Position numbers and translations under genes: made by a program. From Amoebophrya sp. A120 (lineage: Eukaryota > Protista > Dinoflagellata), in NCBI GenBank assembly GCA_905178155.1, contig CAJINV010000002.1, positions 1,504,677 through 1,568,676 of the forward strand: a DNA stretch of 64,000 nucleotides. The letters run 5' to 3'. Positions 22,601 through 34,500 of this stretch are shown one piece after another; the first letter of the stretch is position 1; each line of letters starts with the position of its first letter. Below the pieces are notes generated by a model. It ran no database searches. It was not told the origin of the DNA and was given only the letters and a program-made list of their open reading frames with translations.

Positions 22601-25279
22601 TGTGGTCAACATTTTTTGAAATAACCTTCATTCTTCTTTAGGACAAAAGGGGCTATTCCAAAAGAAGTTGGCCATACCATGGGGATGAAAAATAAATTTT
22701 TGCTCGTTTATAAATGCGTCATGAGTGCTTCAAAAGGTGCGCATTTCTCTGTCGGGGTTCGTGTCGAGTACTCTGTCGGATTGTGTCGTTTGAGTACTCG
22801 TCTTTCCTGTGTCCCTTACCGATCACGACCTAACGGCAAATAATCGGTAAGGGACACAGGACGAACGTCCACTATGGCGAACAGGTACATGACACAAGAT
22901 TTTGGCTTTTCGAATTGAGCCAGTTGATCCTCAAAGTTGTAAGTCAGAAGCTTATTGAAGTAAGTCAATAGATGAAAAACAAACTTCTTCAGCCCGTCGC
23001 GCACGCTTCGGACTATCTGAATTGGCCCCCTTAGCTGCAGGCTAAATTACTTACATTTCGGGCCCTAGAATGCTTTAGCATCTACATTTCTAGTTTTGCC
23101 AAGTATTCTTTAAAAATTTAAATGAATACGCATGAAAAGCGCCTGCAAAAAAAACATTTTTAATCTAGCTATTTCAAATGCATACTCAGAAAAATCCAGG
23201 AAAACAGCCAGCCGCTGGTGGTGCTGCGCGTCCTCACTTACCTGTACCTGCCTCCAGCCCCCGAACTAGTTGGCCCGCGCAATATCTGCGCACTCAGTCC
23301 CCTGGACAAACCGCCGGCGCAGCTGCAGCAAAAAATAATTCTCAACTCGTTGTAGCAAAATTTTCAAATTTTATCTGTGTCCTTTATTTCAACGTAGTAC
23401 AGAGACGTAGTTTGTCATGCAGAATAGGCAACCCCTAGAAGCTCCGAAACTTGTCATGCTGAGTCAGCACTTGCGGCCTCCTCATGATACGCCACACAGC
23501 ATCACAAGTTTCCAGACCCAGACATTTTTACATTTGATACCTGGCCAAAGCGAGCAACTCGTGGTCGGCGAGGAAGGTGTTGAGGGGGAGAGAAGAAGTT
23601 GCGGGATCTTTATTATTTGCCGTTCCTTCTGGAGGCTTTGAAGGACCATCATCATCTACGAGCTGTATAATCACTTTGGAGAAAGCGACCTCGCTAGTAC
23701 TTCCGGACGAGACTCCTGCCCCGCTGTCCGCTGCTTTATTCCGACTATTGTTGTAGTAATGCCCAAACGGCTTTCGCACACTCGCCAAGCCGAGCGATTT
23801 CCGTAAATACCGGGCCCAAACCGTGAATGTCGCGTCCAAATCTTCCGTCATCGCCAAAACACCCCATCCGGCGACAGAAAACATTCTCGCTTTTTTGTCA
23901 TCAAGTTCAGTTGTGGTTGCAGAATTATCTCTTCTTGCCCGTACTTCCAGCGCTTGCGCTTGGTTCTTATCCTCAACGACACCCTCTTGCTCTGTTCCCC
24001 CCGCTTGTTCCCCGTCGTCTCCGTCAACCGCAAAAACACCATCATCAACCGCCGTCGTCGCCAACCGTTTCAGATGCGGCAATTTGTGCACCCCCCGACT
24101 GACCACCTCGGCGGTCCAAGAACTCGCTTCGCGGAGGAAAGAGCCTTCATTTGAGAGTTTGTGGAAATCAACTTCAGACACCTTCTGCGTTTCGACGTCC
24201 AGCTCGAATAGAAGAGACAGCGGCTGGACGAAAAAATGGTGGAAAAGCTGCTCGATGAGAGATGACACTGCCCCGTCTGATTTATCGGTAAAAGCTGCTT
24301 CTGTATGGGGAACCTGTAGTGGTGTGCCGCCCTCGACGATCGTGTCGTCCCTTTCTTCGTTTGGTGGAAGTACAAAGTTGTCCTCTTTCCCCTTCAAAAA
24401 CAGTAGCTGCAACACGTAGTAGGGGTCCTGACCCCAGAATTTCACTAAGCGGTCCTTCGTTTTCTCAAACGGGGCGAACCAAAGTTGCTGCAAAGCTTGC
24501 AGTAATTTGAGTGCAATGTCCTCCGGTGTGGTAGTAGATGAAGAAGTTGCGGCCTGAGGCTTCGCTGGTAGTACTTGTGCCAGCTGCGCTTTAGACGGGA
24601 GTGTAAACGTCGCTAATGTGGTTTCCTCCGGATCGATTTGCAGTTTGAATGGAAGATGCTCGGGATTCGTTTCACCATCTGTAGTCCCGGCCTGCGACTT
24701 CGAATGATCCGTCTGATGATGAATGCGAAGTGTGTAGGTACAACTGGTAGTAAAGGCGCCACTTTCCTCGCCGTTTGCGTTAAAATTTGCCTCGGCAAGA
24801 GCTTCATCCACAACTCCAAACTCCGTATTCGCGGAACCAAAAGTGGCCAAGCCCTTTGCATCCTGCGAAACAATATTGTTCCGTATCGCCGCCACCAATC
24901 GCGTTCCGAACTCCGTTCCGAAGGCCTCCTCCCCTTGTAGATCTACCCCGGTCTTTGTTTCCGGCTGCACATCAATCTGTACTCGCAGCTGACATCTCGT
25001 CTTGCTGAAAAATTGCGACCCAGAAGTACTGGAAGAAGAACCCGTGCTGCTATAATGATCCACGTCGGCGAAATTTTGCAGCGAGGCTGGTAAGCTGCCG
25101 AACAAACTACTGGAAAGCGTGGTGAAAAGGTTTCCGGAGTACAGGCCGTTGTCGTACAGGATCCAGAAAAACGCGAAGCCGAGGATCAGGAAGACGAAGT
25201 TGTAGAGAGAAACCTCCCGCGCGAAAAAATTGTATTTCGCGATGGAGGAATGGGAACGCAGAACGAACGACTGGTACAT
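19614..25279 (-). CDS. PIGS: GPI transamidase subunit PIG-S/Gpi17-like (~717 aa, 2 exons)
   Basis: N-terminal TM segment, FSVAGWGV motif, and C-terminal DEKMVPQLYFSLEFTTAVYLPVVLPALVPLL typical of PIG-S. Removing 20033-23544 joins ELLALAR-ACREIYVQR; spliced length 2154 nt. Confidence 0.82.
20097..22200 (-). mobile_element. Non-autonomous split-direct-repeat (TOC1/PAT/Ngaro-like) tyrosine-recombinase retroelement
   Basis: A1 22014-22200 = A2 20252-20438 (187 bp); B1 20439-20520 = B2 20097-20178 (82 bp, 1 mismatch). Minus-strand order A1...B1-A2-73 bp spacer-B2. No TSD and no long ORF. Confidence 0.75.
21510..22013. repeat. Tandem repeat array (104-105 bp and 80 bp units) inside the split-repeat element
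   Basis: GCGCCGCAGGGC(G/T)CGCTCGC at 21558, 21663, 21767, 21847 and 21951. Confidence 0.9.
22254..23399. mobile_element. Non-autonomous TIR DNA transposon (1146 bp) nested in introner
   Basis: ~57-bp TIR TACTACGTTGAAATAGAGGACACAGA...CGAGTTGA and its reverse complement at ~23342-23399; 5-bp TSD CAGAG (22249-22253, 23400-23404). Confidence 0.9.
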
Positions 25280-25419
25280 GTTGTTTTTTTGGGGGTGTTG
25301 GTAAGTGCGTTGGGCGGATGAAGGCTTCCAGGTTCTAAGCAATAGTTGCTGCTCGAAGGATAGTGAAACAGATATTGAAATTCGCAACCTGGGTGCATTG
25401 CCGATGTAGAGCGATCTAG

Positions 25420-26360
25420 ACACAGTCGCTGCGCTGCTTCAATTACAACTGGCAAGCGAACACCGGGACACAGACCCAAACAGGGCACGCAGCGTTGCGG
25501 CCAGTAGCGGCTTCTACTATGTGTGTATATTTCTTTCTTACAAGCTGCTGCGGCGACGAGCCGTCATCCCCCCGGGCCTTCGCAGTGGGACACCGGTCAC
25601 GCAGGCCACAGGAAAAAAGACCAAGCCCCCGCGCCACGTGCGCAACTCCGCTGCGTGCTGGGCCCATGCATCACGCAGCCGCGCCCGGCCCCGCGCCACC
25701 TGCGCCGCGGGCGGCCGGCCCGAAAGCGGGCCCGCCATTTATTTTGATTCCGGCGGGGCGGGGCGCGGCGCCGGCATCTCACTCGCGGAGCGTGTGCCGC
25801 CACAGCTTCTGCGCCCGCGCACCAAGTCGGCCGCCGCGGCGGGGGCGCGCGGAGGGCGGGGAATGAAAGAAGGGCGCCCAGGGCGCGCGCGCCTCCACGT
25901 AGCCAGCTAGTTAGACTACCGGGCCGGACGCTCACGGAGAAAGCCTTCGTCTTCAGAGCGAGGGAGGCGCAGTGGCGATTGCCGCTCCAGTCGCTGCGCT
26001 CGCGTTGCCTCTGCATTCGTTCCACGCATTGCGAGTTGAGTCCCTTCGTCTGCTCCTCATTCGCGGGACCCTTGGGCGTTTGCGCCCGGCCTCGGCGCTT
26101 CGGCGCGCTTGGCACCAAAAGGCCGCAACGCCAGGCGGACTGCCTGATGTTGCTGCGCTATTGCTGAATCGGTCACGGGCAACAAAGAATAAATCCAGAA
26201 AAAAGCAGAAACGCGCGACCCCTGAGCAACAACAAACCTCTCGGACCTGCAGCTCTCTCTCTTTGATAGTGACACAGAAACTCCTTCGCGCTTTATTCTG
26301 CGGCAATTAATCTCTCCTCCATGCCATTCGCTCATGCAATAGCACCCAGTCCTGCTTCGC
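25420..26360. repeat. Dispersed GC-rich repeat, copy 1
   Basis: Shares left end ACACAGTCGCTGCGCTGC, TTCTTACAAGCTGCTGC and a downstream CTCTCTCT-GAT-GA-ACAGA block with 29970-30830. Confidence 0.7.
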
Positions 26361-26559
26361 TCCATAAAGAACAAAATAAAAACAGACTTGCACCTAGAAC
26401 AGCCGCATCTTTCACAACAACAATCTCTGCTCAACTCCGAGTCCGGGTTGCCGAGAGAATGAAAAGAATGAATCCGCGACGTGATGTTGAGACAGGACAA
26501 AAACAAGAGCGGCCACTACAGGGCACACCGCAAACCAAAGCAGCTCCGTGTGAAGAAGG

Positions 26560-27130
26560 AGCGCTTGCTCCACGGCCCCGGGGGAGGGGCTGAACAGGTT
26601 CAATTGCGCAAGCGCGCGAGCATTGCGGCGCGCCACTTCGTCCACCCAAGGCAAGCGCCATGAGCCGGCGGTAAGCGCGGCGGCGAGGGCAGTCGCAGCA
26701 GGGAAGGGGGGCCCGGCCCTGCGGGCACGGGAAGGAACCGCGCCGCGGGCCCCGGCCCGCGGGGGCGGGGCCACACCCCAAAGGGGGCGGGCGCTGGCTT
26801 CGTATAAAAAAAACGCGGCGCGCCCGCCAGGGTGCAGCGCGGCCACGCTCTCGAACCGCAGCAACTGCTGCGCCCTGTGGGTCTTATGCGCGCGGCCGCC
26901 GGCATCCCTCTCCTTCATGAATTCCCAGGCTTCTGCCATCGCCCGGAAGCCAACATCTTTGGCTTCACTCTTCGCGCAAATCTGGACTGTCGCCGACGCG
27001 CTTCATGGCCCTACGAAGTTCCTGAAGATGAAAGTGGCCGCGCGCGCTATGCAGTTTGCCACATGGCGAGCGCGGGCACGCGTAAAAATGTGCTCAAGCC
27101 GCTGGCGCTCGGCGTTCGCAGGTCGTGCCC
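26560..27130. other. GC-rich degenerate island of unassigned origin
   Basis: Same compositional signature as the pol relics, but no motif recognised. Confidence 0.35.
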
Positions 27131-27812
27131 GATCGCGAACCAAGCAAAGCACCCATACGGCCGATAGTCCTACCGCCAACGAGGACGCTGCAGCAAGCTT
27201 GTCGGGTTTGTTCCATGGGCTTGGGCTACCAAGCCTATTTTACCGCAGGTTTGGTTCAGTGCGAACTGTTCAAAAAAGAAAACGCCAACATACTCAACTC
27301 AGAAAACTTCTCTGAAGACGTAGACATCGCTTTCCTTTTCCTCCGCTCCAAATCCTCACTACGCGCTCCTCTCCCTGCCACTCAAAGAAGTGAAAACAGA
27401 GTCATCAAAATCCCGCAGTTTCGCCAAAAGCTGACAAAAAGCCTTGCCCTTCATGCAGTGAAAATGTAATCCAATCTGTGAAGATGCGCACAAGAATTAG
27501 GTACAGGTTTCAAGCCGTGTCGTGCCACAGTTCCACAAACAATGCCGGAACTACCTTCAAAATGATATATACAGGAAATGTAGAATTGCAACCTCCCAAT
27601 GGAAATAGACAATATGCGTGCCACCTCGGGCCGGGAAAAAGTAGAACTGTTTAGATAAAATGTGTGTACGGTTTTAGTGTAAGATGAGTACTATGAATCA
27701 AATTTAGCGTTATTTCTCCTTCTTCGAAAAAAACCATGTAGATGTAGTAAAATTTCAGTACAGGAAATCACAATTGTTGCTCCAGCTGTAAACTACACCC
27801 CCTCGCGCGCTT

Positions 27813-29237
27813 CTAATCATCAAACAAGTTGTTCACCATGCAGTAGAAGATTTGAAACATCAGCAACCGCACGATCATCAAAAAAAACGTGTCAAACAAG
27901 TCGTCCAGCCACTTCTGAAACACTTCGTACGCGTCCGTGCCCTCAACGGTAAAATCCCGAAGAAAGGTCCCCCAATCGCAAAACACTTTTCGGAATTTCT
28001 GGATAAGTTTTCGACAATATCGTTTCACCCGTTTCTGCCGGTAAAAACAGGACACTGCGTAGGATTTCACGCACGTTCGAGAGCAAGTGGAATTCTTCAA
28101 AAACTGGGTCGTGGTTGAAAAAACTTTCCGTGCAAGAGCGGTGGTGCTGCAAGCCACTTTTTCCGGAGCCGAAATCACCGTTTGACTGGTAAAAATTGCC
28201 GCTGTTTTCGAAAATCTCACAACAGGAAGAACGCAGCTGTGAAGTAAAACGGATTCCTTCTTCCAGCGGTTGTACAGATCTCTCGCAGAAACCTCCTTCG
28301 CCTCAGTGAACAGAATGATCGGTAACTCGTACAACTGGTAACACCAAAACGCGACGAAATTCGCAAATTGCTGCACCAAACTTAACAGCCTCCGGGAGCA
28401 AGAACCGCTGGTGCGAAAAATTTCCTGCGACAAAGAGGATGCAAAGCCAGGAGCATGATTTGGGCCGAGGAAAAGGTGGTGGGGTAACAACATGTCGTGT
28501 CCGCGATTGGTAACTGTGCCCTGCTTGTTGTTCATGTGAGTGTTTTCTTCCTCACTACTGCTCGAAGAGGATGAAGAGGAAGTCGCAGCAAGAGAACTTT
28601 GACAACTATCCTGTCCCCCGGAACTGGTGCTTTGCTCTTCGTAAGACTGTTCTATCGTTGTTCGTAACGTCGACCCAGTTGCTGGTCCTCGTGTGGTCAT
28701 CACCGTCTGCCGGCTCTTCATGTAGTGGTATTCTTCTTCGTCCGCAAAAAACATCAGCTTCCGTAGTTCGAGCGGGTCGTGCGGGGGTCGGATTTCCACC
28801 GTAGCAACGGTGCCGGACCGGGACAGTCGTTTATTCGGGTTGGAAGTTGGGAGAATGTGGATCAGATTGTCGTTGGTGGAAGAGGATTTGTCATGCTGTT
28901 CTGCATCTGTATCAAACCCAAGGTTCTCATTCTCCACGTCGGATTCGGTAGGCACCTGGGCGTGGAAGTACTCAATAAAGCTGCAGTCTTCATCAACATC
29001 GGACTTCGGGCTCGGGGGGTTCGCCTCGATGGAATCGGAACAGGAGGAACCTGTCATGCTATAATTTCCGGCACCGGAAGCCGTGGCACAGTATCCTGTC
29101 GACGCTGACCAGACTGTTAAAACGCGATTCTTTGTACTATCTTTCGCTTTATCTTTATCATCACCACCCGCCTTCTTGACATAGTCCGCCACGGCCGCCT
29201 GGGTGTTCTCATACACGGTCTTCCAAAAATCCGCCAT
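27813..29237 (-). CDS. Hypothetical protein (474 aa)
   Basis: Uninterrupted ATG-to-stop ORF on the gene-bearing strand; Ser-rich middle and hydrophobic C-terminus. Confidence 0.65.
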   Translation of the reverse strand: MADFWKTVYENTQAAVADYVKKAGGDDKDKAKDSTKNRVLTVWSASTGYCATASGAGNYSMTGSSCSDSIEANPPSPKSDVDEDCSFIEYFHAQVPTESDVENENLGFDTDAEQHDKSSSTNDNLIHILPTSNPNKRLSRSGTVATVEIRPPHDPLELRKLMFFADEEEYHYMKSRQTVMTTRGPATGSTLRTTIEQSYEEQSTSSGGQDSCQSSLAATSSSSSSSSSEEENTHMNNKQGTVTNRGHDMLLPHHLFLGPNHAPGFASSLSQEIFRTSGSCSRRLLSLVQQFANFVAFWCYQLYELPIILFTEAKEVSARDLYNRWKKESVLLHSCVLPVVRFSKTAAIFTSQTVISAPEKVACSTTALARKVFSTTTQFLKNSTCSRTCVKSYAVSCFYRQKRVKRYCRKLIQKFRKVFCDWGTFLRDFTVEGTDAYEVFQKWLDDLFDTFFLMIVRLLMFQIFYCMVNNLFDD

Positions 29238-29969
29238 GGTTGGTGAAAATGTAGTCGTGACGTGATTCTGATTTTCAGAAATCTCTTGTCATCTAGCAGG
29301 GATGGGTAAGTAAATCACCCGTGTTCAACACAGGCTATTGCAGAAGCAGCAACCTCGACACCTCCGCCGCAGCACGACCACGTGCCGATTACTGCTGCGG
29401 GAACCATCGGCGTCCAATCCTACGAATCTGCCAGAGCTGAAAAGAAATCAGAAGCTCGTTTTCCTTAAAAAAAAAGCTGGCAAGCGAAAGTGATAGACTG
29501 CTGCTAGGAAGAGCGGTACGAAAAAAGCGTCCTTTTACCTTTTTAAGTAATAGTACTGCTGTACCGATTTTTCCCGACGACGACGTGTTCCAAACTTCGA
29601 TCACGACGACCCAACTGATTCAACGAAAATTGAGATCTTCCTTGTAACCGAATCGAAGAAGTTCTTTTGCTGGCTGTTGCAATAGATGAAGCACGGCCCG
29701 TTTTTATTCTGCCACGACACGACAAAGAAGATAAACTTGCGGCTACGATCAGTGAAGGTAGACTTCGCGATTTTTATCACGAAGGAGCTGTTCACGATCA
29801 AGCTTTTACTGGGCGGTTGCAAAACGAATTTTTATTTTTTCTGAGAGGTGTCACAACAACAGTACAGCAGCCCTGAGCTGTGCACCACACTGACACTGCA
29901 CGAACCCGCACGGCCTGCGATTTCGTCGTGCCCTCAAACAACTTGTCTTATCTCTGTCGAAGCCTCTGT

Positions 29970-30830
29970 ACACAGTCGCTGCGCTGCGTCAATTGCACCT
30001 GGAGTGCGAACACTGGATGGGGCACAGAGGCAAACAAGGCGCGCAGCGTTGCGGCAAATAGCGGGGTCTATGTGTGTTTTTTCTTACAAGCTGCTGCTAC
30101 GACGAAGCGCCAACCCAAAAGAGCCTCCGGAATTGGGCGGGCCGCGGTCATGAAGGCTACGGGAAAAACACCAAGGCGTGCTCCTGCGCCACAGGCGCAT
30201 GCAGGCGATGCCGCTACAGGGCGGGGCAATCGCGCGGCCGTGCCCGCAGCTGCGCCGCGGCGGGGGGCGCGCGCGGGAAGCCTAATATACAACGAGCCCG
30301 CCATAATTCTGGCGGGGCGGCGTGAGTCGCCGGCCCATTGCGCGACGTTTGCCGCCGCAGCTTCGGCGCCTGCGCATGAAGCCGGCCAAGGAAGCGGGCG
30401 GCGGGGACGCGCGCGGGGCGACGGGTCATTCAAGGGAGGCCGCCCGGGGCGGGGGCCAGCTTTCGGACTTGTTCCACAGGGCCGGCCGGCATTCTTCTTA
30501 TCGTTCTTCTTATTGTCTTCCTCCTTCGCCGCGAGGCATTCTCCACCACCCAACTGCCTGCCCCACGCCCTGCTTTTATGTCGCGCGGCCCTGTCACTTC
30601 GGCACACTTGTCCCGAAGGGGCTACAGTGGTAGCCGGCCAGTCGGCCGCTGTTCTCCAGTTGCTGAGTCGAAGCTCCCGGGAGAGATAGAATCAAGCCAG
30701 AGAGAGGCACAATGCGCAACCTCTCAGGAAAAACAGCTCCCTCGGGCCTGCTCTCGCTCTCTCTGATCATGATACAGAGACTCCAGTTTACTTTTCGCCG
30801 CAACTCATCTCTTTTCCACATCTCCTGCAG
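29970..30830. repeat. Dispersed GC-rich repeat, copy 2
   Basis: Homologous to 25420-26360; a ~45-bp imperfect direct repeat lies at ~29925-29966 and ~30905-30948. Confidence 0.7.
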
Positions 30831-31526
30831 GAACACAACACCCGCTTCATCGCTCGATGATGACCATGATAGAAACATCTGTGCACCAAGAACGGCCACC
30901 GAATTCGTGGCGTCCTCAAGCAACTTGTCTAATCTTTGTCGAAGCCTCATTAAATCGAAGGAAAATTGTTTGTAAAGGTATCAGACTGGTAGTACTTGTT
31001 ATGCAAAAATGCGGGGTAAAGACGAGACAGGGGGTGGTAGGGTTCTGCTTTATTGGCGGGGAAGAGCAAAATTATTGTTTGTGGCTAGCAGCGAAAGAAC
31101 TTTGTTAGGGATACTAACCGGGAAAGCTTCAGCCTACCACATCAAACATTAGCGGCTTCGACTTATGCTGGCATTGAGTGAAAAAGGAGAGGCTGTAGTA
31201 CGGGTGGGTGTGCGTTTTTGAAACTTGGGCAGAGTTGTCTTGTTACTCTTGGGGTAGCTCATGTTGATCTGCATGCAAAATTAGTAAAGAAAGCTGTGCT
31301 AAGGATGAAAATTTATGTACTTAGGAAATGTTGTACTAGAAGTTACTTCGAATTGAAACAGCTGCTATTTGAAGATCTAAACTTGTAAATTGCCGACCGC
31401 TTGCATGTGAAGCCCAAAAAAGCGTGATGATAAATGTAACTCAAAATCATGTAAGTATGTTCAGAAGAATGAAAAAAAAAAATTGACAAAAAAATCTGCA
31501 TCACAAATCAATCAAATTTGCAAAAG

Positions 31527-34500
31527 TCACCGGTTCAACTTGTCACAGTTGATCTCCGAGACTTTGCAGTTCTGTAGCCTGTATCCTGTGCAAAAATGTC
31601 TGGGTCTGGAAGGTTGGAACTTGTAATGCTGGCTTTCCATACCTAGGAAATCTATATTGCATAACCAACAAAAGTCGCAGCCTCTTTTGGACATGCAACC
31701 ACGCAGTTCCTCATGCGGATTACCTATGAGAAACCGTTCTGGAAAGTTGTCATGCTAGGTTGCGTTCGAAACTGTTTCCATCATCCACATTTTAGCATCA
31801 CAAATTTCCAGACCCAGACATTTTTACATCTGATAGCTTGCGCCAAATGTGCGCGGACATACCGGTATTCAACTTGTAAACCCCTCCACCGCTTCCCACG
31901 TTCGTGCACAAATTTTCCAAATCCGGATTACCAAACGACACCTCGCAGGATTTCACCGTAATCGGCGCGAGTGTCTGGACAATGATTTCCTCCTGCACGA
32001 TGGTACAGTGTAGGGTCAAATTATCCGGGTTTTGTTGCAACGCTATGGACATGTCAAAATCGAAATTGGCAAAATCGAAAAATTTGTGATGCATAAAATC
32101 GATACCAGTCGGAGCCTCAGTTTGTACTTGGCGCATGACAAATTTCGGGAGCACCCAAATCCAGTCTGTCATGCTGTTTGGGCAAAGACGGCTGCTGCTG
32201 TCATGCTACTCTGGCAGCACATTGCATACCCCTAAACAGGCTTACAATCGGTCTCATTTGCCTGCTCCCCAATACAGGCCTTACTTGCCCTACATTTTAC
32301 GCATTACAAATTTTTCGACTTTGTCGATTTCGATCCTGACACCCCCATACACGCTAGGTCGAAGTTGTTAGGTTTCTTCGCCTTGTAGTTCTTTCGCAGT
32401 TCTGCCGATGCAAATTTCGTCCACACGTTGCAATCCACCGCAGCAGCGGCGGTCATGACCTCCAAGTCTGATTTCGCTTCTTCCCCCGCGATTTCGAGAT
32501 AAGTGGCGACGGTGCAGTCGTGTTTTGACACAAGGGATTCTTCCAATTTTGCTCCAGAAGTGTGCGCGTCTTCGTAGCCGGGAAAAGTTTTCGCCTGGTT
32601 TAGGAAGATCCACTGCAAAAGGTCGGCGTTTAGTGCCACAGGGCTGTTGGTGTTCTTCGTCGCCCGCACCGCAGCCTTCCAGCCGGCCGAGCAATGCTGA
32701 GAAACAGCCGTTTTCACCAAATCAACATGTTTGCTCAGAAACTCCCCCTCCACAAACTGCAAAGGCGACCCCAGTTTTCGGTAGTCCAAGCCGGTGGCGA
32801 GGTCCGCTGTCGCCGGGTCGAGGGGGCTCTTCACCGCGATCGGACAAGAGAGCGTTTTGAACTCTTCGTCACCAGGCTCGACATCGTCCTTGTTCCCATC
32901 GTTGATGTTTATCTCCGCAGTTATAACATCATCTCCCTGCTGCGCCAGCGCCACCTGCACGACCGTTTCATACGCTGTCGCGCCGAGTTTCGCGCTCTCC
33001 AAATACCGCAAAGCGTGGCAGTCGTAAGTGACCAGTGTTTATCAAATGTAAAAACGTCCGGGTCTGGAACACAGCAACTTGTCATGCTAAATCTGAATCA
33101 TGTAGAAATCTGTGTTGCATGATTGCCAAAAGCTGTCCACTTTTGACCTAATCGAGAGGCAGTTTCTGGATAGGCATGATACAACTCTCACAGAATCTGT
33201 CATGCTATGTCCTTCATACTAGACCTCATGGGTCATGGAAAACCTGCATGAAAAGTCTGGCATTCTTCCAGACCCAGACATTTGTGCATTTGATAATGTT
33301 TCGGCGAACTCGAAGCTGGACTTGCAAATGTCTTGAAACGAGGTCGCGAACAATCCGGGGAGGCAATATTTGAACTCATTCGAGATTCTACTATCTTTTA
33401 GTGGTGTCACCGCGGCTTTACACACCTCGACGTTATTCTGCAAAGCCCTTGGCACGTCTCGCATGGCGTAGCAGGTTGACTGCACCGCGGCAGTCGCTAC
33501 CAAAACATCGTATTTCAGAGCATGGTCGACGAAAATAAAGTTTAACCCACACCCGTCGTTGCTGCTGAAAGTTTTGCTCGCCAGAATTCTGTTCGTCCGG
33601 AAATCCTCTAACGGGAGCAACGGGTAGAGATAGCAGCTGAGAAGCGTTTCGCTGTTCGTGATGAAGAACTCTTTCTGCTGCTGAACAATCGTGTTGCTGT
33701 TATCAGTTATCGCGGCAATTTTTTCCAGCAAATCCACGGACGGTTCGTCGCTTTCATCATCCCCAACATTCTCCACGATATTCTCGTCCAATGGAGCTGG
33801 TAGAGAGCCATACCCCGGGAAATCGACTTCATAGGGATTCCAGGCATGATTGTTCCCCTTTTTTGACAGCACCTTCTCCACCATCGAGTGAAACCCCGTG
33901 CTGGTATGGTCCCCGTAGATGAAGTGCCTGAACGCGAAAAAGGCACATTTCCCGTTGTCGTACTCGAGAATCCATGGTGCGAGACCCTCGTCGTCGGTCT
34001 TCTTCAGTTTCGTACTGGCATTTGCAAATTCCTCACAGCCGTTAGCTTCGATTTTCGATTTCCAAAATTCCAAAGACTGGTCGGGAGAAATCGATTGACA
34101 GCCTTCATTACTTGGGTCCAGCGCGGCGATTTCAGTCCGAAAGGTGTCGTCGGATTGAAGTTGTTGGTCTGCGTATTTGAACGCGGAGCAATCAGTGGAA
34201 GTTCGGATCAACTTCTTCATGATCACTCGGTCTTTCGTAAAATCCGTATCGCCAGGTTTGAGGAAAGTGTTGACGATCGAGGCAATGCAGACAGTTGATT
34301 CTCCTGGCCAATTCGTTTCTGGACTACTTCTTTTCTCCACGCTGTTCACGAGCGAAGAATCTTCGACGAGCTTGGTTGCGAATGCCACATTCCCCTTCAC
34401 ACTATCCTCTGCGTGGACCAAAATGTCGAAACAGCGGGTCGATTCTGGGAGATGATTAGTGGTAGCATCTGCAGGGAAAAGTAGTTTTTCAAAGAATTCC

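Larger units (their letters stand above)
20033..23539. mobile_element. Family A introner expanded to 3507 bp by two nested insertions
   Basis: Perfect TIR TATCAAATGTAAAAATGTCTGGGTCTGGAA at both ends; direct repeat CCTGG. Remaining pieces 20033-20096, 22201-22253 and 23405-23539 align to the reverse complement of copy 43980-44231. Confidence 0.92.

Noticed and set aside
30594-30950. 118-aa minus-strand ORF as a gene
   Set aside because: Overlaps a dispersed repeat and has no recognisable domain.
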